Virus record (IMG/VR): IMGVR_UViG_3300021962_008382
Location: 1 to 64,000 of that record
Direction: 5' to 3' (one strand)
DNA length: 64,000 nt
Source of the DNA: a virus
The notes under the pieces were generated by a model that saw only the letters and a program-made list of their open reading frames with translations, was not told the DNA's origin and made no database searches. Below, piece by piece: positions 35,403-43,962 of this stretch. The translations under genes were made by a program, and so were the position numbers. Each line of letters starts with the position of its first letter. The stretch's first letter is position 1.

Positions 35403-36293
35403 TCAAGCACCTTGAGTCAGGACGTATTTAGCCAGCGCCTTCCACTCGCCACCTTCATGAGCGATCTTCGATACAGCGATCAACGAGCGCAAGGACATGT
35501 TCGACACCTGGCCTACCATGGACTTCAGGAAGGCTACGGCGGCTTGCTTGTGCAGAGGCGGGATCTCGGGGAGGAACTCGTCGGACTTAGCGATGACTTC
35601 CATGCGCTCGATCTTCTGCTGCTCGGTCATGGACAGATCTACACACATGGCACGAGTACGTACGGCCTGATCGATCTTATCCATCTGACGATTCGAGATG
35701 AAGATCACGCGACCGGTGAACTGAAACGACTTGGGAAGGTCGTCATCACGCATATCGGCCATCCAGGAGATGTAACGCTTGGAGTATGAGTCCAGAGCAC
35801 CCTTCAGCAGGTTCGTCGCTACATCGTCCTTGAGGATTGAATCGCAGTCGTCGAATACGATCGTCGAACCGTTCGATTCGAAGAGAGTACGATACAGACC
35901 CTTGGCTGTCGAGAAGCCCTTCACCACGCGATAGCACTTGGATACGTTGAACGTGGTACCTACGGCAAACTCGGCCAGGTCGGTGATGTTCTTGAGACCG
36001 GCACGCTCGAGGGCTTTCAGAACCGTATAGGTTTTACCCAGGCCACCCTCACCGGTGATGATAACCGAAGGCATCGACGCCTTGGCCACCATGTTGACCA
36101 TCTGAGTCACGAAGTCAAAGCGCTGGTTGATCGAGAATTCCGATGGGCGAGCCTGGGCTTCTTTCACCGCACCAGACATCTCTTTGACCTTGGCTTTGAC
36201 GTAGTACTGCGAGGTCGACTTGACCACTACCTTGCCGGCTACGATGCCGTGATACTTACCGGAAACTGCGTCGTACTTAACTTCGTTCATCAT
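35403..36293 (-). CDS. AAA+ ATPase (early gene)
   Basis: Walker A GEGGLGKT, Walker B IVFDDCD, FTGRVIFISN. Confidence 0.88.
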   Translation of the reverse strand: MMNEVKYDAVSGKYHGIVAGKVVVKSTSQYYVKAKVKEMSGAVKEAQARPSEFSINQRFDFVTQMVNMVAKASMPSVIITGEGGLGKTYTVLKALERAGLKNITDLAEFAVGTTFNVSKCYRVVKGFSTAKGLYRTLFESNGSTIVFDDCDSILKDDVATNLLKGALDSYSKRYISWMADMRDDDLPKSFQFTGRVIFISNRQMDKIDQAVRTRAMCVDLSMTEQQKIERMEVIAKSDEFLPEIPPLHKQAAVAFLKSMVGQVSNMSLRSLIAVSKIAHEGGEWKALAKYVLTQGA

Positions 36294-36418
36294 CTCGTTA
36301 TCCTCTTCTCAATTTGTACAGCCATTATACTACCGTTACGACCAAAAGGCAACTGTTTTTTCAAGAAAAAACACTAAGGAAATCAACAAGTTATAACCCA
36401 TTGATTTCCTTGGAGAAA

Positions 36419-36775
36419 TTACCGACCTACGTAGCGCTGGAAGTTACTCGACACCGTAGTGGGTTTCATGAACGGATTCGGCATAACCGATTCTGACGCA
36501 TGCGGATCGCGATCCTTACCTGACTTAGCAACCATATTCTTGACTGCTGCTTTGCGGTCTTCACTCGCTTCCATGTCACTCTCGACGTCGCGAGTGTCGA
36601 CCACCGGCTTAGCTCTAACACCGGACTTCAGCAGCTTCGAAGCTTTGGTGTGGTATACGAAGGCATTGCCTTTCTTCACACCCAGCTCATTCATCAGACG
36701 CTCGATGCAGGCCTGCTTATTCGGGGTTACACGTACAATCTCTACTGCTTTCTGAAGGTTCGTCGTTTTCATCAT
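36419..36775 (-). CDS. Early hypothetical protein
   Basis: Own promoter cassette and RBS GAGGAG. Confidence 0.75.
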   Translation of the reverse strand: MMKTTNLQKAVEIVRVTPNKQACIERLMNELGVKKGNAFVYHTKASKLLKSGVRAKPVVDTRDVESDMEASEDRKAAVKNMVAKSGKDRDPHASESVMPNPFMKPTTVSSNFQRYVGR

Positions 36776-36884
36776 ATATCTCCTCAATTGGTACAGCCAT
36801 TATACTACAGTTACGACCAAAATGCAACTGTTATTTTCTTCAATGAAATCAACAAGTTATAACCCATTGATTTCATTGGAGTTT

Positions 36885-37130
36885 TTAGAACGGTGCATCT
36901 TCACCGTAGCAGCCGTAGTCCTCATCGGTACCCCATCCGGCAGAGGCCAGAGCCGAAGCGTGGTCTCCGTCCATGGAATCATCACCGATGTACTCCTCAG
37001 ATTCCATAGCCTCCAAAACCGTCTGTACCCATTCAATCGGTACGGACAATCCTTTAGATACCTGCTCTACACTGTAGCCAGCGCACAGCATCTCTTCAAT
37101 ATCAATCATCACATCAGAAATACGTCCCAT
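36885..37130 (-). CDS. Early acidic protein (paralog of 38911-39177)
   Basis: HTH-like N-part; C-terminus GWGTDEDYGCYGEDAPF. Confidence 0.8.
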   Translation of the reverse strand: MGRISDVMIDIEEMLCAGYSVEQVSKGLSVPIEWVQTVLEAMESEEYIGDDSMDGDHASALASAGWGTDEDYGCYGEDAPF

Positions 37131-37350
37131 CTTAGATCTCCTCTTGGTTTCTCATTTTGTACACGTATTATACTACCGTTACGACCAAAAGGCAACTGTT
37201 TTTTACAGAAGAATACCTGAGCAGATCGATAGGATATAGAGGTACTCGCCCTGTTTGTCTCCCCCCGTCTCCGGTTGCCGTACGGCATTATACATCATTT
37301 CGGTCGGAAAATCCACTAGAAAAACCCTAAGGAAATCAATGGGTTATAAC

Positions 37351-37671
37351 TTATTGATTTGCAAGGCCTTTTGTAGCTACCACCAACATAGCCATAGCTC
37401 GATCGATCACGCGGTGTGCACCACCGGCCACCCAGCCAGCTTCCTCGCAGAAGTCGACACTGGAGGACTTGTAGATGTCATCCTTCGTGGTAATACCGTT
37501 AGCGATGAACAGATCCAGCAACTCAGAGGCTGAGGTAGCTCGACCCACTCTCACTCGATTGACGTCTACTTCTAACGCCGATGCACGTGCACTGATGAAT
37601 ACATGGTTGATCATGGTACGCTCCCATTCACCGTTTACTTTTTTGAAGCCAGGTGGAGTAAAATAGGCCAT
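37351..37671 (-). CDS. Early hypothetical protein
   Basis: Coupled to the upstream ORF by TAATG. Confidence 0.7.
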   Translation of the reverse strand: MAYFTPPGFKKVNGEWERTMINHVFISARASALEVDVNRVRVGRATSASELLDLFIANGITTKDDIYKSSSVDFCEEAGWVAGGAHRVIDRAMAMLVVATKGLANQ

Positions 37672-37904
37672 TACGCTTGCTCCGCATATTCCTGAACTTC
37701 ATCGATGCAGTTCATGAGATCTTCACACATTCCGAACATCTCATTGAACGCCTGGCGTTCTTCGCGTGACATGTCGTTCAAAAACTCATGAGCCCCTTCT
37801 CGACCGTTTTCCAACGCTTCTCGCATATTATCGATTAGCTGATCCATGGCTTGCTTGGTGTTCTCGAACATGCAGTATGACATATTAGGGTAACGGCTTG
37901 ACAT
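37671..37904 (-). CDS. Early protein (paralog of 40142-40351)
   Basis: PNMSYCMFENT motif. Confidence 0.78.
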   Translation of the reverse strand: MSSRYPNMSYCMFENTKQAMDQLIDNMREALENGREGAHEFLNDMSREERQAFNEMFGMCEDLMNCIDEVQEYAEQA

Positions 37905-38137
37905 TAGATAGTCTCCAGTTGTTTTTCAGTATCGCGAAAGAGAACAGTGAATCTCATGAGACTCAGGTTCAGGTCAGTACCACAGATTTCAACCCGGTTC
38001 GAACCGTATTCAATCGTCAACCACGGTACCAGCTCTTCATTGGCATTTAGAACTAGTCTAATATCTACGATCTCACCACGAATAACACCCGCAACGCATT
38101 CCCAACGAACCCTATCACCAATCTGTATACTTTTCAT
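37904..38137 (-). CDS. Early SH3-like protein (probable paralog of 39367-39618)
   Basis: IQIGDRVRW...G.I..I...LVP...VLFRD. Confidence 0.7.
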   Translation of the reverse strand: MKSIQIGDRVRWECVAGVIRGEIVDIRLVLNANEELVPWLTIEYGSNRVEICGTDLNLSLMRFTVLFRDTEKQLETI

Positions 38138-38198
38138 ATCTATCTCCTCATTTCGTACAGCCATTATACACCAGTTACGACCAAAAGGCCACTACTTT

Positions 38199-38420
38199 TT
38201 ACTGGAAGTCAGGATAACCACCAATGATTTTGATCTGGTCGTATGCCTGCTGAATAGAGATGGGCCTAATACCGGCCGCGTCCAGATACTCCGGACCTAC
38301 GTACATCACCGGACACCAGCGACCGGTCTGACCCTGAGCTACTATCCAGGCACCCTTCACCGGTACCGGGTACTTGCGTTCGGTGAAGTCGCACTCTGTT
38401 ACCATGGCTCTCACGTACAT
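38199..38420 (-). CDS. Early hypothetical protein
   Basis: Own promoter cassette and RBS. Confidence 0.7.
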   Translation of the reverse strand: MYVRAMVTECDFTERKYPVPVKGAWIVAQGQTGRWCPVMYVGPEYLDAAGIRPISIQQAYDQIKIIGGYPDFQ

Positions 38421-38482
38421 ATCGATCTCCTCTTCTCAATTTGTACAGCCATTATACACCAGTTACGACCAAAATGCCACTG

Positions 38483-38791
38483 TTATTTTACAATGCTCGT
38501 AGATGCATCTACAAACCCTTCCGAATCGACGGTGATATCCCGAACGAGAACTTTGGATCGCAACACTGCCTGAGTAAATTCATCCCGAATAACGCTGGTG
38601 ATTTCATCGATGTATTCATCCAACATACCGCATTCTACCTCAACTTTAATTGCATCCTCTAGTACCGAACTCGCACTTACATATGAGGCATAATCGCCGG
38701 GCATATCTGACATCATTTCCTTAGCGCGCGCCACGCAGAATTCCGTAAAATTTTCAACCAGCTGATTAATATATTCTTTTTGCATAACCAT
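38483..38791 (-). CDS. Early hypothetical protein
   Basis: Own promoter cassette and RBS. Confidence 0.7.
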   Translation of the reverse strand: MVMQKEYINQLVENFTEFCVARAKEMMSDMPGDYASYVSASSVLEDAIKVEVECGMLDEYIDEITSVIRDEFTQAVLRSKVLVRDITVDSEGFVDASTSIVK

Positions 38792-38910
38792 CTCCTCTTC
38801 TCAATTTGTACACGTATTATACTACCGTTACGCCCAAAAGGCAACTGTTTTTTCAAGAAAAAACTCCAATGAAATCAATAGGTTATAACTCGTTGATTTC
38901 ATTAGACTTT

Positions 38911-39177
38911 TTAGAACGGTGCTTCTTCACCGTAGTACCCGTAATCCTCATCGGTACCGTAGCCAGCCGAAGCCATAGCCGTGTCCCAATCACCATCCAT
39001 TTCAGCCTGATATCGATCGATGCGGTGGGATTCCTCTTCGATCATCTCTTGGATCATCTCTTGGATTGGAGTTACCCATGAAGTCGGGATACCCAGCGCT
39101 TTCGCGGTTTCCTCGACCGTCTTTCCGTTCAACAGCATGTCTTCAATATCGATAGCAAGATCACTCATACGGCTCAT
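38911..39177 (-). CDS. Early acidic protein (paralog of 36885-37130)
   Basis: C-terminus GYGTDEDYGYYGEEAPF. Confidence 0.8.
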   Translation of the reverse strand: MSRMSDLAIDIEDMLLNGKTVEETAKALGIPTSWVTPIQEMIQEMIEEESHRIDRYQAEMDGDWDTAMASAGYGTDEDYGYYGEEAPF

Positions 39178-39366
39178 ATCACTTTCCTCTTGTGGTTTCC
39201 TCATTTCGTACAGCCATTATACTACAGTTACGACCAAAAATCCACTACTTTTTACAAAAAAAACTCCAATGAAATCAATAGGTTATAACTCGTTGAATTC
39301 ATTGGAGTTTTCGAAGAAGCGAGGGCCCGGGTGCAAAGAGGAGGAGAAGCACCCAGACCCCCTTAA

Positions 39367-39618
39367 CTAGCAGGTGAATCGACAGCGACTCTGCATAGCC
39401 ACGTCGCGGAACAACACCTTAATATCTTTAGTAACATCTACCATGGCAATACGGTTATAGCTGCCATCCATATACGAGATCTCTGCCACCGGTACGAGCT
39501 TACCACTGGCCGTCTCCTGAACCACGATGTTAGTAACCTCACCAAACCAATCGCTTGGATGATTCTTCAACGGGAACCGCACTCGATCCCCTACGCTCAG
39601 ATTGAATCGCTTACTCAT
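39367..39618 (-). CDS. Early SH3-like protein
   Basis: LSVGDRVRF...GEV..I...LVP...VLFRD. Confidence 0.7.
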   Translation of the reverse strand: MSKRFNLSVGDRVRFPLKNHPSDWFGEVTNIVVQETASGKLVPVAEISYMDGSYNRIAMVDVTKDIKVLFRDVAMQSRCRFTC

Positions 39619-40073
39619 TACGCAGCCTCCACAATAGAACCCAACCGCTTCACCAGATCACGACCGTAATCCGTGAAGAGAATGCCCTGCATGTAAACCC
39701 AATGCTCTAAATCCTGTTCGCCCTGAACTAACCAGCGAAGTGCAGTCTCCTCGTCACCTGCTCCCATCTCAATGGTGTGTTGAACCAGAGCTTTGAACTT
39801 CTCTACTGCCTGAGCAGCTTCCTTCTTTTCGAAGTCGATAGATTCTACCACGCGATCCGACCATGCGATGCACTCTTCCTCGAGCTCAGCAATGGTCATG
39901 TTTGTGATATCCATCCGAACACGCCAGCCCTGAGCGTCCTTAGATGCATCTGAGATATATTGATACAGCTCCACTGCGTAGGCCTCCATTGCTACTTCAG
40001 GAGTGCTATAGCGGCTGGCATCAACGCCATCGGCGATTACGGTGTATCCTACGTAGTCTTGTGTGGTGTTCAT
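39618..40073 (-). CDS. Early conserved hypothetical protein
   Basis: YISDASKDAQGWRVR, GAGDEETALRWL motifs; own promoter cassette. Confidence 0.75.
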   Translation of the reverse strand: MNTTQDYVGYTVIADGVDASRYSTPEVAMEAYAVELYQYISDASKDAQGWRVRMDITNMTIAELEEECIAWSDRVVESIDFEKKEAAQAVEKFKALVQHTIEMGAGDEETALRWLVQGEQDLEHWVYMQGILFTDYGRDLVKRLGSIVEAA

Positions 40074-40141
40074 ATCGATCTCCTCATTTCGTACAGCCAT
40101 TATACCATGGTTACGACCAAAAGGCAACTGTTTTTTCAGGG

Positions 40142-40351
40142 TTACTCGTCGAGTACATGGTGCATAGTTTCGCTCAGGCGATCATATTCCTCGAGGAACT
40201 GTTGACAAAGGCTTCTCATGTATCGATAAGCACTGTACTCAGTTGAGTTCAGATCTAGATCTTGCCAGGTATTAGACTCTATCATAGCATCGACGCAATC
40301 ACGAAGATCCCCACTGGTATTCTCAAAACGACAATAGCTCATGTTCGGCAT
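40142..40351 (-). CDS. Early protein (paralog of 37671-37904)
   Basis: MPNMSYCRFENT. Confidence 0.78.
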   Translation of the reverse strand: MPNMSYCRFENTSGDLRDCVDAMIESNTWQDLDLNSTEYSAYRYMRSLCQQFLEEYDRLSETMHHVLDE

Positions 40352-40432
40352 ATCACTTTCCTCTTGTGGATTCCTCATTTCGTACAGCCATTATACGGCA
40401 GTTACTTCCAAAAATCCACAACAATAACATGC

Positions 40433-40873
40433 GGTATTAGTTTAAGTTAATCAAACGGATAAATACGTATATCCACTCTGCTTATTTCGAGAATATGATA
40501 TCTTTCAAAGTGTTTATAATAGAAGGTGGTGATACACTTTCACCACAGCACAAACAAGCTATAGCTAGAGGCAGAAGAGGTTCTAGACATTCGAGCACTA
40601 CTAAGCTTAAGATAGCTAAGTCCATGGAAGGTAAAAAGAACTTCGAAGGTGAAGAGCACACCGAAAGATCTAAAGATCTTATAGGCGCTAAGCGTGGCTC
40701 AGCCGATAGAATTAAAGGCAGGCGATGGATAGTCAATCGCCGCGGCAAAACTTACCGCAAGTATCAAGCCCCCGTAGGCTATAAGCTAGGCAAGCGTGAA
40801 TTTAACCGACGATAAGTTTCTGTATATTCTCTTCGCGATCTCTTACTTGTGGTATTAGTTTAAGTTAATCAAA
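40433..40873 (+). mobile_element. NUMOD3-gene cassette bounded by 23-bp direct repeats
   Basis: GGTATTAGTTTAAGTTAATCAAA at 40433-40455 and 40851-40873. Confidence 0.55.
40495..40815 (+). CDS. NUMOD3-repeat DNA-binding protein, no nuclease motif seen
   Basis: LSPQHKQAIA, RHSSTTKLKIAKSMEG, EHTERSKDLI repeats; ATAAATA upstream. Confidence 0.75.
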   Translation: MISFKVFIIEGGDTLSPQHKQAIARGRRGSRHSSTTKLKIAKSMEGKKNFEGEEHTERSKDLIGAKRGSADRIKGRRWIVNRRGKTYRKYQAPVGYKLGKREFNRR

Positions 40874-41066
40874 ACAACGTATACCTGTATATACTACGAC
40901 CAAAAGGCAACTGATTTTAAACTATTGATTTTAGTGGAGTTTTACCCTGTTTTTTCTCGATTTGCAATATTTTCCGACACTTACTCGATATCGCCGTAGT
41001 ATAATCGATTACGCGCAGTTTTTCTTTTTCTATATAATACCAATGTATCAGTTTAACGTTCTTAAA

Positions 41067-41107
41067 TAGTAGTGTAATCTACTAACTAGTAGTGTATTCT
41101 ACTACTA
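41067..41107. repeat. Tandem imperfect palindromic repeat
   Basis: TAGTAGTGTAWTCTACTA x2 in a non-coding stretch. Confidence 0.6.
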
Positions 41108-41153
41108 TTCGATCTCTTCAGCGAAGCTTCCAGCGATGTGGTCTAGCGAAGTG

Positions 41154-41420
41154 TTATAGCGAATAGCCATACTCTTCTACTAGTTTATCAAAGCGTTTCA
41201 GGGCTTTTTTGAGTCCTTTGCGAAGAGCTTTCACTTCATCTCTATGGCATTCTTTAATAGGACCACCGAAAGTATAATACTCAATATTCCTTTGAATGAT
41301 CTCTTCCCAAGTCTCTACTTCATTGACCTGACTCTGATCAGTATCACCGATCCATACAGTTTTACGAATACCCTTAGGGTCTAGATCTGCGGTACATACT
41401 ACGTCTAATACTGTTTTCAT
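41154..41420 (-). CDS. Hypothetical protein
   Basis: Coupled ORF. Confidence 0.65.
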   Translation of the reverse strand: MKTVLDVVCTADLDPKGIRKTVWIGDTDQSQVNEVETWEEIIQRNIEYYTFGGPIKECHRDEVKALRKGLKKALKRFDKLVEEYGYSL

Positions 41421-41671
41421 TATTCAACTCCGAACTTTTTTTCCACCGCTTCCATAGACTTATACCAGGCCGGTAGATTAGAAAGATCTATATGGTGTTT
41501 ATCCATCTGATCGCATAACTCATTTAAGCAATCTTTTACAATCAACTCGGCGAACTTTTGTACTTCTTCTAGGTCAGCATGACCATGAATGAAACATCTT
41601 CGCGGAGTTTCGTTATCCACATAGTTGAGCAATCCTGCATCTAAAGCAAGTTCACGAATTCGTTCATTCAT
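41420..41671 (-). CDS. MNERI-family small protein, copy 4
   Basis: MNERIRELA...KFAELIVKDC...KKFGVE. Confidence 0.8.
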   Translation of the reverse strand: MNERIRELALDAGLLNYVDNETPRRCFIHGHADLEEVQKFAELIVKDCLNELCDQMDKHHIDLSNLPAWYKSMEAVEKKFGVE

Positions 41672-41895
41672 TATTCAACTCCGAAATGTTCTTTAATGTG
41701 TCTAGCAATGATAGCACCCATATCATCATCACGATGACTATGTTTTAGTGATACTTGTTTACATTCCTTCACAATCAGCTCGGCAAACTTTTCTATTTGT
41801 TCATCAGTGAAAGCGGTAACTGTTCCGTTAGTGTAATAATCGTTTATCCGTTGGTATCCAGCTTGTAGAGCAAGTTCACGAATTCGTTCATTCAT
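41671..41895 (-). CDS. MNERI-family small protein, copy 3
   Basis: MNERIRELA...EKFAELIVKEC...IKEHFGVE. Confidence 0.8.
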   Translation of the reverse strand: MNERIRELALQAGYQRINDYYTNGTVTAFTDEQIEKFAELIVKECKQVSLKHSHRDDDMGAIIARHIKEHFGVE

Positions 41896-42131
41896 TATTC
41901 AACTCCGAAATGTTTTCTAATCTGTTTGATATGTTTCATTGACCGTAGATACTTTTCAGTATTGTGGCCATCACGAGTAATGCCCATTTGAATAGTTAGA
42001 ATACATTCCTTCACAATCAACTCGGCGAATCGTTCTACTTCAGTCTGACTTAATCGCCAGTCTCCCTCGGCATCATATGATAACATACCTCCAGCAGCCT
42101 GATTTGCAAGTTCTTTAACTCGATTATTCAT
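41895..42131 (-). CDS. MNERI-family small protein, copy 2
   Basis: MNNRVKELA...ERFAELIVKEC...IRKHFGVE. Confidence 0.8.
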   Translation of the reverse strand: MNNRVKELANQAAGGMLSYDAEGDWRLSQTEVERFAELIVKECILTIQMGITRDGHNTEKYLRSMKHIKQIRKHFGVE

Positions 42132-42355
42132 TATTTTACACCAAAATGTTCTTTAATACCTCTCGCAATCTGCTCTTGACTGGGTTGGAACATCCATCGT
42201 GTTTCTTCTACAAACTTAGCGCATTCCTTCACAATCAGCTCGGCGAACTTTTCTAATTCAAACTCGGTGAATAACACACCATCATGCCTTCCCATAGCCA
42301 TTACATTACGCACGGCACCGACTTGCTTGGCAAGTTCTTTAATTCGTTCGTTCAT
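42131..42355 (-). CDS. MNERI-family small protein, copy 1
   Basis: MNERIKELA...EKFAELIVKEC...IKEHFGVK. Confidence 0.8.
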   Translation of the reverse strand: MNERIKELAKQVGAVRNVMAMGRHDGVLFTEFELEKFAELIVKECAKFVEETRWMFQPSQEQIARGIKEHFGVK

Positions 42356-42480
42356 CTTTATCACCATATAATGCAGCGTGTAGTCTCTCAATTCGTTCTG
42401 CTGCTATAATCAATAACATCTGCAAAGCAATGTTATCTTGACTTTCACTGGCTTTTTTCAAGGTACTAATCAATTCTTGA

Positions 42481-42741
42481 TTAGTCATTTTTTACCTCTA
42501 CAAAAATACCCTCTTTGGTACTCGAAATACGAGTAATAGGCTTATTATCTACCTTATAGCCAATACTAACAAAGGGTCCACCTGAAGGATCAAAATAACC
42601 CAGATCAGTTTCGTCTAATTCTGTTTGCCCATCCTGAACACCAAACCTCATCCATTCGTCAGCACCTTCTTCCATATGGAATCGATAAGTGGTCTCAGAG
42701 ACCTTCTCAAACCAGTATTCTTTACCGTATCTATTCTTCAT
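42481..42741 (-). CDS. Conserved hypothetical protein
   Basis: KNRYG...FDPSGGPFVSIG. Confidence 0.7.
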   Translation of the reverse strand: MKNRYGKEYWFEKVSETTYRFHMEEGADEWMRFGVQDGQTELDETDLGYFDPSGGPFVSIGYKVDNKPITRISSTKEGIFVEVKND

Positions 42742-42871
42742 TAATTACCCCAGTACCACCACAGGCATAGCAGATGTACTCATTCCCAGATTCTTCTTCA
42801 AATCCGTGATTACCAAACCCACCGCAACTGGGGCAGTATTCAAGCTCAGTCTTCTTACAGTATACGTTCAT
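42731..42871 (-). CDS. Small DnaJ-type zinc-finger protein (46 aa)
   Basis: CPSCGGFG and CYACGGTG; below the ORF-track cutoff. Confidence 0.6.
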   Translation of the reverse strand: MNVYCKKTELEYCPSCGGFGNHGFEEESGNEYICYACGGTGVINEE

Positions 42872-43058
42872 AATAAACCACACAAGCTATTCCTATTAAT
42901 AACATAATCAACATATATACTCCCATCATCGAGCAGAAATCAATCGTGAATGACTCTGTTAAAGGTTAAAGTCATGATAGTCACCCATGATTTGACCAAT
43001 ACAGTATCCTATTACAAAAGAAATCGATACTGCCATCAACAACAAAAATAACATACCA

Positions 43059-43376
43059 TTAAGATCCTGTAGTCAGTATAAGTACGCCAGGTTGTCCCCT
43101 GCTTTTACTGAATCTCTCAATATACACATGATGTAAGTCATTACTCGTAAGAATACACTTATCTGCAGCTGCCCATAAATCTAACCAGCTTTTTCCGCAG
43201 ATAGGGGCTGATACATCGTTATACACTAACTCTACAGCATTGGGAAAAGGGTGAGGTTGATGGATTCTATTACCACACCAGACTTCGTAAATCGACCAGC
43301 ATGACGTAAAACCATAGCTAACTCGAATCGCTTCGAAGTAACTTAGTTTTTCTAAAAAGTTGTCCTTGTATTCCAT
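43059..43376 (-). CDS. Hypothetical protein
   Basis: Preceded by a copy of the early promoter cassette (43393-43430). Confidence 0.7.
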   Translation of the reverse strand: MEYKDNFLEKLSYFEAIRVSYGFTSCWSIYEVWCGNRIHQPHPFPNAVELVYNDVSAPICGKSWLDLWAAADKCILTSNDLHHVYIERFSKSRGQPGVLILTTGS

Positions 43377-43509
43377 AATGTATCCTCTTATCGTACAGCC
43401 ATTATACCATGGTTACTACCTAAAATCAAGAGGCTAGGTATCGTGAAGGAAGTAAGCTATTAAGTAACCACTCACGAAAGCAATAAAAAATGCCAACAGT
43501 ATAGACAAA

Positions 43510-43962
43510 TCACTCATAATCTTTTTTCTTTACGATTTGTTCTACCAGATAATCTGACCAGCTATCTGAATGATGGCTTATCATTAAATCGTAACGTTCA
43601 GGTGGTTCGAATACCCTATTAGTATCTTCGTACCGTCCCTCTGGTATAGTATTAAGCCATACCGTGTAGTCAGGTTTTAAAATATCTCTCATATCAGCTA
43701 AAGGAGCTACCAGGTCTAACAGTATAACATCAGCTTTAGAATTGTTCGCTAGATATAACATCCTATAGCTTTGTCTAAGTCTGCCTTCTCGACTGAAATC
43801 CCAATCGTTGTGATCTTTTCTTACTTCATCAGCATTGAACCAGTCCACCGAGACATATCTCTCTAGTTTTTCTTTTAATTCTCTTGCTAGAGTGGTTTTA
43901 CCTGATCCTGGTAATCCCATAATTAAAACGGTTCTATACGGCATTGGATTCTGATTTTCCAA
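43510..43962 (-). CDS. Adenylylsulfate-kinase-like P-loop protein
   Basis: IMGLPGSGKTTLA, NADEVR..DWDFS.EGR, FEPP. Confidence 0.8.
   Translation of the reverse strand: MENQNPMPYRTVLIMGLPGSGKTTLARELKEKLERYVSVDWFNADEVRKDHNDWDFSREGRLRQSYRMLYLANNSKADVILLDLVAPLADMRDILKPDYTVWLNTIPEGRYEDTNRVFEPPERYDLMISHHSDSWSDYLVEQIVKKKDYE

Larger units (their letters stand above)
36378..39308. repeat. Five imperfect palindromes AAATCAAN3GTTATAACN3TTGAWTT (paired IHF-consensus half sites)
   Basis: Copies at about 36380, 36846, 37333, 38872 and 39272. Confidence 0.85.
36316..40420 (-). repeat. Array of ~10 repeated early-promoter cassettes
   Basis: Minus-strand consensus TTGCCT/TGGATT-TTTGGTCGTAACNGTAG-TATAAT-GGCTGTAC at about 36316, 36791, 37159, 37280 (variant), 38155, 38443, 38808, 39208, 40091 and 40382; outlier at 43393. 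Confidence 0.92.

Noticed and set aside
33003-40246. Long plus-strand ORFs (33315, 35127, 37947 etc.)
   Set aside because: Shadows of GC-richer minus-strand genes; no RBS or motifs; several cross promoter repeats
36316-40420. CRISPR array or integron attC array interpretation of the repeats
   Set aside because: Spacing is irregular (100-900 bp), the repeats are -35/-10 promoters, and no cas gene or integrase is in the window
41420-42355. Diversity-generating retroelement template/variable repeats
   Set aside because: Differences are not adenine-specific and no reverse transcriptase is present
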